Under the pieces are notes generated by a model. The model did no database searches. It saw nothing but the letters and a program-made list of their open reading frames with translations, and was not told the DNA's origin. Positions 59,167-64,000 of a stretch of 64,000 nucleotides of DNA are shown in pieces. Position 1 is the first letter of the stretch; each line of letters begins with the position of its first letter. The stretch lies in the NCBI GenBank assembly GCA_964487665.1, contig CAZARR010000003.1, positions 6,998-70,997 on the forward strand, given 5' to 3'. The position numbers and the translations under genes are program-made. This DNA is from an uncultured Pseudomonadales bacterium (GTDB taxonomy: Bacteria; Patescibacteriota; Microgenomatia; UBA1400; MFAQ01).

Positions 59167-60855
59167 ATGCACGAAACTTCGATGGTGTTTGCGAAAGCGA
59201 TATTGGTTGTTATTCCCCTCTTGTTGATTGCAATAACGGTGGTGGGGGCCAAAATGGTTCTTAATACCAATCGATCCTTTGATGAGAGAAGTAGGGCGTA
59301 CAGTCCCGATGCCAAGACCGGAAGAGGCGGTGAAACAGGTGAAATTCCCACTGGTATCGTAATCAGCAAGACTGTTTGCCCCGACCCTACTGTTCCGCTG
59401 CCGGGGTGTGATTACTATGGTGGAGATGGAATAGCCCAAGCAATTTCGGGATTTAATCAGCCGGGGAATACATTATTGGTTAGGCTAAGAAGTACTGCAA
59501 TAAATTCATCGAGTGAGTATTGGCCTACGCAGGAAATGACTGTGAGAAATAATAATATTCTGGTATCTGGTGAGGGCAACAGGAAACCGGTGATTGTTGT
59601 TAACAATGTTCGGGGGGCTCATTATTTAACCGCGGGGGTGGGATCGTCTTTGAGGCTGAACAATATACGCATTGAGGGAGGAATGAATAACAAGTCAAGT
59701 TTGCTAAGGGTGGAAAACGCTGGAAAATTGGAGTTAGTTAGCAGTGAGATAGCCAATACAAAAATTGGTGTTCTTGGAATCGAGGGAACTGTCAGGTTGA
59801 CCGATAACCTTTTTCAGGGTAATAACATGGCGGTACAGATTCAGTATTTCGATAGGGTGCAACACAATTCGCTGTTAAGAAATAATGTCTTTCTGAGTAA
59901 CGGAGGGGGTCTACGGGCTGGTTGTTATTATGCAAACACAGATGATTTATCTGTCCAAAATAACGTATTTTTTACCAACTCTAGCGTAAGCAGCCCCCAG
60001 CTTTCTCTACATGTTGGGTCTGAACCATGTCGCTCATTATCGGTAAACAATAATATATTTAAGGGGACGCAAAATATCGGAAATGGCTTATTTATCGAGT
60101 TTTCGAATCCTAACCCCGTGCCAACTGTCCTGGGAGCAATTAAATATAATAATGCTTTTGGGTTTCAATCCAACTTTTTACTTAATGGATCGGGGTCGGG
60201 CCAAATGGATCCTACAAATATTTCAGTAAACCCCAAGTTTGTGGGGGAACCGAGTAATTTCAGGTTGGCGGCCAACTCTCCACTTATTAATGCTGGAAAT
60301 CCCGAGCAGATGTATTTGGACACGGATGGAAGTAGAAATGATATGGGGGTTTATGGCGGGCCATTTGGAAGTTATTTTGGTAATTGGGGATCGCCAGCGA
60401 CCTGCAACCTTTGTGACTTGGATGATGACAACTTGGTAGAGGGAGGTAATGCGACTCCGCGAGGAGATGACATAAACCGGGTGATTGCCTGTCTGGGACA
60501 GCGTGTTGCCACCAATCCAAGTTGTGCAAAGGCAGATTTTACGGCTGATGGATTGCTGATAAACTCAGGCGACGTGACCAGTTTTGTTGGCTTGTGCAAT
60601 GGGATGCAGGGACGCAGTTGTTCGAGTGCTATTTGTAGCGCCCCAAATATCCCCGGACAGAGAGCGGACACTGACTTGAATAAAGATTATGTTGTTAACA
60701 ACATAGATGTGGCGATATTTGATAATAGTCTTTGCTCAGGAATAGCTAGCTTATCTGGCCAGGTTTGGAAGTATTGCCGGATGTTTGACATAAATGGCGA
60801 TTACCAGGTGGACCAGGTTGATAGGCAAATGGTTAGTAGTTGTGTTGGACAATAG
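59167..60855 (+). CDS. Secreted/anchored right-handed beta-helix (PbH1 repeat) protein with four C-terminal Cys-containing dockerin-like calcium-binding repeats
   Basis: Start MHETSMVFAKAILVVIPLLLIAI (signal/anchor). PbH1-like repeats NNVFLSNGGG, NNVFFTNSS, NNNIFKGTQN. The C-terminal 147 aa (60412-60852) carry the repeats DLDDDNLVEGG..IACLG, DFTADGLLINSGDVTSFVGLCNG, DLNKDYVVNNIDVAIFDNSLCSG, DINGDYQVDQVDRQMVSSCVGQ. Confidence 0.6.
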   Translation: MHETSMVFAKAILVVIPLLLIAITVVGAKMVLNTNRSFDERSRAYSPDAKTGRGGETGEIPTGIVISKTVCPDPTVPLPGCDYYGGDGIAQAISGFNQPGNTLLVRLRSTAINSSSEYWPTQEMTVRNNNILVSGEGNRKPVIVVNNVRGAHYLTAGVGSSLRLNNIRIEGGMNNKSSLLRVENAGKLELVSSEIANTKIGVLGIEGTVRLTDNLFQGNNMAVQIQYFDRVQHNSLLRNNVFLSNGGGLRAGCYYANTDDLSVQNNVFFTNSSVSSPQLSLHVGSEPCRSLSVNNNIFKGTQNIGNGLFIEFSNPNPVPTVLGAIKYNNAFGFQSNFLLNGSGSGQMDPTNISVNPKFVGEPSNFRLAANSPLINAGNPEQMYLDTDGSRNDMGVYGGPFGSYFGNWGSPATCNLCDLDDDNLVEGGNATPRGDDINRVIACLGQRVATNPSCAKADFTADGLLINSGDVTSFVGLCNGMQGRSCSSAICSAPNIPGQRADTDLNKDYVVNNIDVAIFDNSLCSGIASLSGQVWKYCRMFDINGDYQVDQVDRQMVSSCVGQ

Positions 60856-60876
60856 TAAACTGGTAAAATCACCGGC

Positions 60877-61122
60877 ATGCCAGTACTAAAACACGCAAAA
60901 AAGAAGCTTCGCGCAGACATCAAGAAACAGGTAGCCAACCGGACAGTAAGAACGCGGGCGGTAAGTGCTTTGGACAAGGCCAAAAAGACAAAGGAGGCCG
61001 TGGACATGTCCGAGGCATTTCGCAGGCTAGACAGGGCAGCCAAGACCGGTGTCTTTCACAAGGGAAAGGTCGACCGTCTCAAATCTAGGCTGGCCAAACT
61101 TTTCTTGACTCTGAAGAAATAA
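60877..61122 (+). CDS. rpsT: 30S ribosomal protein S20
   Basis: MPVLKHAKKKLRADIKKQVANRTVRTRA.. S20 signature. Confidence 0.85.
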   Translation: MPVLKHAKKKLRADIKKQVANRTVRTRAVSALDKAKKTKEAVDMSEAFRRLDRAAKTGVFHKGKVDRLKSRLAKLFLTLKK

Positions 61123-61149
61123 TCCCTGATAAGTTATACTTAGTTTTGT

Positions 61150-61713
61150 ATGTCTGCCCAGCGGAAGATTGTTGGTATTGATTTGCTTCCTGGAAACTCG
61201 TTTGAGAAGAGCGATCTGGGTTTGGTATTGAATTGGATCAAGATATCGGGTAGAACGATAATTGTATTGACGGAGTTTGCGGTTATTTTGGCCTTTGGTT
61301 CGCGGTTTTGGTTTGACAAAACACTTAATGACCTGAAGGAGACGGTGGATCAAAAACAAAGCGTGGTGCGAAGCTACGAAAGTGTCGAGACAAAGATGCG
61401 GGATACACTGGCTCGCGAAGCCGTGGTCAGTGGATCGTTGGGAGGTAGTGCCCGAATAAATATACTGGTCGAGGATCTGGTGGTAGCAACACCAATTGAC
61501 GTTTTTTTTGAGAATATCTCTTGTATTGGTTCTTTGGTGGCTATCCGAGGAAGAGCCGGATCTGAGCTAGGACTTTCGGGTTTATTGGCGAACTTGACCA
61601 AAAACCCTAAGGTGGGCCAAGTATCGTTAAGCGAAATTAAATATTCCCAGACGGACAAACAACTTAGTTTTGGAGTAAGTTTTGAATACACAAACGAAGG
61701 GGGTAAAAAATGA
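61150..61713 (+). CDS. Type IV pilus assembly protein PilN-like
   Basis: N-terminal IVGIDLLPGN (INLLP-like PilM-binding motif); TM IIVLTEFAVILAFG; periplasmic domain; 187 aa. Confidence 0.6.
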   Translation: MSAQRKIVGIDLLPGNSFEKSDLGLVLNWIKISGRTIIVLTEFAVILAFGSRFWFDKTLNDLKETVDQKQSVVRSYESVETKMRDTLAREAVVSGSLGGSARINILVEDLVVATPIDVFFENISCIGSLVAIRGRAGSELGLSGLLANLTKNPKVGQVSLSEIKYSQTDKQLSFGVSFEYTNEGGKK

Positions 61714-62360
61714 TAATAAATCGAGCCGGTTATGATGCTTATTACCAAAGGATAAGAGATTTGTATCAACAGCCCGTAGTGTCTGTATCAGTTGAGGTGA
61801 TTCTGAATATTTTCGTAGTGGCCTTTTTGGTAACGTTTGTGATCAGGCCTACTTTTGGGGTAGTAGCTAGCCTAAAAAAACAAACTGAAGACCAAAGGAT
61901 CGTAGACACAAAGTTGACAAGTAAAATCAATTCCCTTAATCAGGCCCGGGGTACATTAGCGGAACAAGCAGCATTTTTGCCGCTATATACATCTGCAGTC
62001 AGCAAAGAATCGGACTTGGACGGGTTGGTTCTTCGGATCGAAAAATTGGCGTCTGAATATCAGATCCAGCTTACGGGGCTAAAATTGGGGGGGGTAGCTT
62101 TATTGGGAGACGATCTGGAGCTGGACAAAGGTAAGGGGGTAAGGAAAGTATCTACAGAAAAGGCAAATGAAGTATCTATGTCATTTACTGTAGAGGGGAG
62201 TTTTGCAAGACTAACCCCCTTTTTGTCTGATATGCAAAAGATGGATAGGCTGGTTAAGGTAGATGGGGTAAGCTTTAGTAAAGACAAAAAAAGTAAAACG
62301 GGGTTGGTGGCCATGTCTGGAACAGCACATGTTTACTATATGCCTAGCAAATCATTGTGA
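61710..62360 (+). CDS. Type IV pilus assembly protein PilO-like
   Basis: TM ILNIFVVAFLVTFVI, coiled-coil, C-terminal ferredoxin-like domain; 216 aa; 4-nt overlap with the upstream gene. Confidence 0.55.
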   Translation: MIINRAGYDAYYQRIRDLYQQPVVSVSVEVILNIFVVAFLVTFVIRPTFGVVASLKKQTEDQRIVDTKLTSKINSLNQARGTLAEQAAFLPLYTSAVSKESDLDGLVLRIEKLASEYQIQLTGLKLGGVALLGDDLELDKGKGVRKVSTEKANEVSMSFTVEGSFARLTPFLSDMQKMDRLVKVDGVSFSKDKKSKTGLVAMSGTAHVYYMPSKSL

Positions 62361-62653
62361 AAATTAAAAAAGCTCCAAGCGCATACGTGGCAATAATTGG
62401 GGTGGTCACCCTCTGTGTCGCAGGAAGTTTTTTGCTGTATACGATCTACTCGGCGCTGAGAAAAAGCCAGATAAGTCCTCAGCAAAAATTGGATATACTT
62501 CCCCTTGTTGGTCAGCTAAATTCAAAGGTGATAGATGATTTAAAAAGCAGACGACGGTTTGAAAAAAGCGAGCTGGAAAATATTCCGAGAGTGAGCCCAA
62601 GTATAACTGTCACAGCAATACCAAGTAGTCCATCGGCACAACCAGCACCATGA
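62357..62653 (+). CDS. Hypothetical small membrane protein with Pro/Ser-rich tail (pilus-cluster member)
   Basis: TM YVAIIGVVTLCVAGSFLLY; 98 aa; ATGA overlaps on both sides. Confidence 0.45.
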   Translation: MKIKKAPSAYVAIIGVVTLCVAGSFLLYTIYSALRKSQISPQQKLDILPLVGQLNSKVIDDLKSRRRFEKSELENIPRVSPSITVTAIPSSPSAQPAP

Positions 62654-64000
62654 AATTTGGAGTAAGAACAATACTAAGCAGAAAGGTCCCAACTTTGTTG
62701 GCCTTGCCCATATTGGTGTTGGGGTTGGTGGGTGGCGTGATGGTGGTAGGTAAAAAAAGTAATTTTGGAATCAAGGCAGGACCGACATCGGTGCCAAAAA
62801 ATGTTCGCGTGACTAACCTAAGTCACGACAAGATGACCATCTCCTGGGTGACTGACACCCCGGTAGTTGGTTTTGTGAAATACTCGGAAAACCCTAGTAA
62901 TATAAATACACCAGCGGGGGACGGCAGAGACCAAAGGTCAGGTTCGAATGGTTTGTACACCACACACTCGGTTGACCTAAATAGCCTATCCCCAACAAAG
63001 ACGTATTATTTCGAAGTCGGTTCTGGTTCGGTAATGTACGATGATTCCGGACGCCCATACCAAGCAACAACTTTTGCAGCCATGGCGGTACCAAGCGAAG
63101 ATGTAGCCAACGGAAAGGTACTGGCAACAAACGGGCAGGCGGCTGGAGGAGTACTGGTTTACGCAGAACTGGAAGCGGGGCAGGGTTTGTCTACTATTAG
63201 TCGAGACGACGGAACGTGGAGAATCAACTTGTCAGAAGCACGCGGGCAACAAGGGCAACCTTTGGGTTACAACACACAGACAACCCGGATAAATTTGTTT
63301 TTTCAAGGGGGCTTACTAGGATCTTCGGGCGTGACGACAACAACTGGCCAAGACAGTCCCGTACCAGATACGGTTTTGGGGCGAACATACAACTACATTG
63401 ACCCACCGACCCCAACAGCAACTATGGCGCCCGCTTCACCCACACCCAGTGTGGGGGCAAGTAATCCGTTTGGAGGGATGGTACAAAACCAACCAACCCC
63501 TTCGGTCGTGGCCAATAGTGGGATTCAGCTAGAGAATCCTGCTTTTGAGGGAGAGGCAATTTCAACCGGGGTACCTGAGTTGAGAGGAACCGCACCGGCG
63601 GGAGTAGTACTTTCTATCACTGTCCACTCTGAAACAGTTATTACCGGACAGGTAGTGGTGGGTAATGACGGCCAGTGGTCTTTTACTCCCCCATCCGGTT
63701 TAGAACCCGGTGAGCATACCGTGACGGTTGAATACACGGATTTGCAGGGGGTGGTACAGCGGCTAACCAGAAGTTTCGTGGTCCTTGCTGATGATGGTAC
63801 GAATTTCCCAGCCTTTACCTCGACACCATCGGCGACCCCCACATTGACTATCACACCAACACCAACACCAACGTACTACTACCTGTCACCAACGGCGACT
63901 CCATCAACCGTTGCCAGTATGCCTTCGACAAATTCGAGCCTACCTACGGTTGGGTCATTGACACCCACCGTAGCACTATTTATATTGGGAGTGGGCCTGT
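62650..64000 (+). CDS. Large cell-surface protein, partial (continues beyond the window). N-terminal anchor, FN3-like domain, Ig-like domain, Pro/Thr-rich linker, C-terminal hydrophobic segment
   Basis: Absent from the ORF track (no stop in window). Manually translated from ATG 62650 (MKFGVRTILSRKVPTLLALPILVLGLVGGVMVVGKKS...); open through 64000, 450 codons. FN3-like VRVTNLSHDKMTISWVTDTPVVGFVKY...TYYFEV. Ig-like GTAPAGVVLSITVHSETVITGQVVVGNDGQWSFTPPSGLEPGEHTVTVEYTD. Tail SLPTVGSLTPTVALFILGVGL. Confidence 0.6.
   Translation, partial: MKFGVRTILSRKVPTLLALPILVLGLVGGVMVVGKKSNFGIKAGPTSVPKNVRVTNLSHDKMTISWVTDTPVVGFVKYSENPSNINTPAGDGRDQRSGSNGLYTTHSVDLNSLSPTKTYYFEVGSGSVMYDDSGRPYQATTFAAMAVPSEDVANGKVLATNGQAAGGVLVYAELEAGQGLSTISRDDGTWRINLSEARGQQGQPLGYNTQTTRINLFFQGGLLGSSGVTTTTGQDSPVPDTVLGRTYNYIDPPTPTATMAPASPTPSVGASNPFGGMVQNQPTPSVVANSGIQLENPAFEGEAISTGVPELRGTAPAGVVLSITVHSETVITGQVVVGNDGQWSFTPPSGLEPGEHTVTVEYTDLQGVVQRLTRSFVVLADDGTNFPAFTSTPSATPTLTITPTPTPTYYYLSPTATPSTVASMPSTNSSLPTVGSLTPTVALFILGVGL

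Noticed and set aside
63940-64000. LPXTG sorting signal at the end of the final ORF.
   Set aside because: The motif is LPTVG, not LPXTG. The window ends before a charged tail could be seen. Mentioned only as a possibility within the finding.
1-64000. CRISPR arrays, IS elements, integrases, prophage or toxin-antitoxin modules.
   Set aside because: No direct-repeat/spacer periodicity, transposase or integrase motifs, or small antitoxin-like pairs were seen. The window is almost wholly core genes.

Overview
This 64 kb window is almost entirely a co-directional (minus-strand) housekeeping gene array from a small-genome bacterium. Several traits fit a Candidate Phyla Radiation / Patescibacteria organism, possibly Saccharibacteria-like. 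Genes are tightly packed with many ATGA and TAATG start/stop overlaps. Ribosomal protein L30 is absent between S5 and L15. AlaRS, IF2, RelA/SpoT and RNA polymerase are shortened. GC is roughly 45-48 percent by eye (rough coding estimate). The genetic code is standard, since TGA is used as a stop.

Gene content, from high to low coordinate on the minus strand:
- murJ, lepA
- hrcA-grpE-dnaK-dnaJ, with a CIRCE-like element upstream and a rho-independent terminator downstream
- nusA, infB, a degenerate DHH-like protein, rpsO, a leader hairpin, pnp
- a stand-alone Lon-type AAA+ module, rnj, ftsK, a RodZ-like HTH protein, a SAM methyltransferase, two small membrane proteins
- alaS, then a 705-aa bitopic protein plus a sortase inserted into the conserved alaS-ruvX-mltG block, ruvX, a 71-aa zinc-ribbon ORF, mltG, and a terminator
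- rpoB-rpoC-rpsL-rpsG-fusA-tuf
- the S10 and spc ribosomal clusters (S10 through L15), secY-adk-map
- secD-secF
- recJ, rel, and a class IIb Asp/Asn-tRNA synthetase

Plus-strand genes: a CCA-adding enzyme carrying a zinc-ribbon insertion; a membrane-anchored clan GH-A glycoside hydrolase; a secreted beta-helix protein with four Cys-containing dockerin-like calcium-binding repeats; rpsT; and a four-gene translationally coupled cluster at the window end.

That last cluster comprises PilN-like, PilO-like, a small membrane protein, and a large FN3/Ig-like surface protein that runs off the window end and is missing from the ORF track. It is the most interesting candidate system. The Lon AAA-only protein, the sortase/705-aa insertion and the dockerin-like beta-helix protein rank next.

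No rRNA, tRNA, CRISPR array or mobile element was found. Coordinates of motif-level features were checked by hand against start and stop codons but may be off by a few nt.
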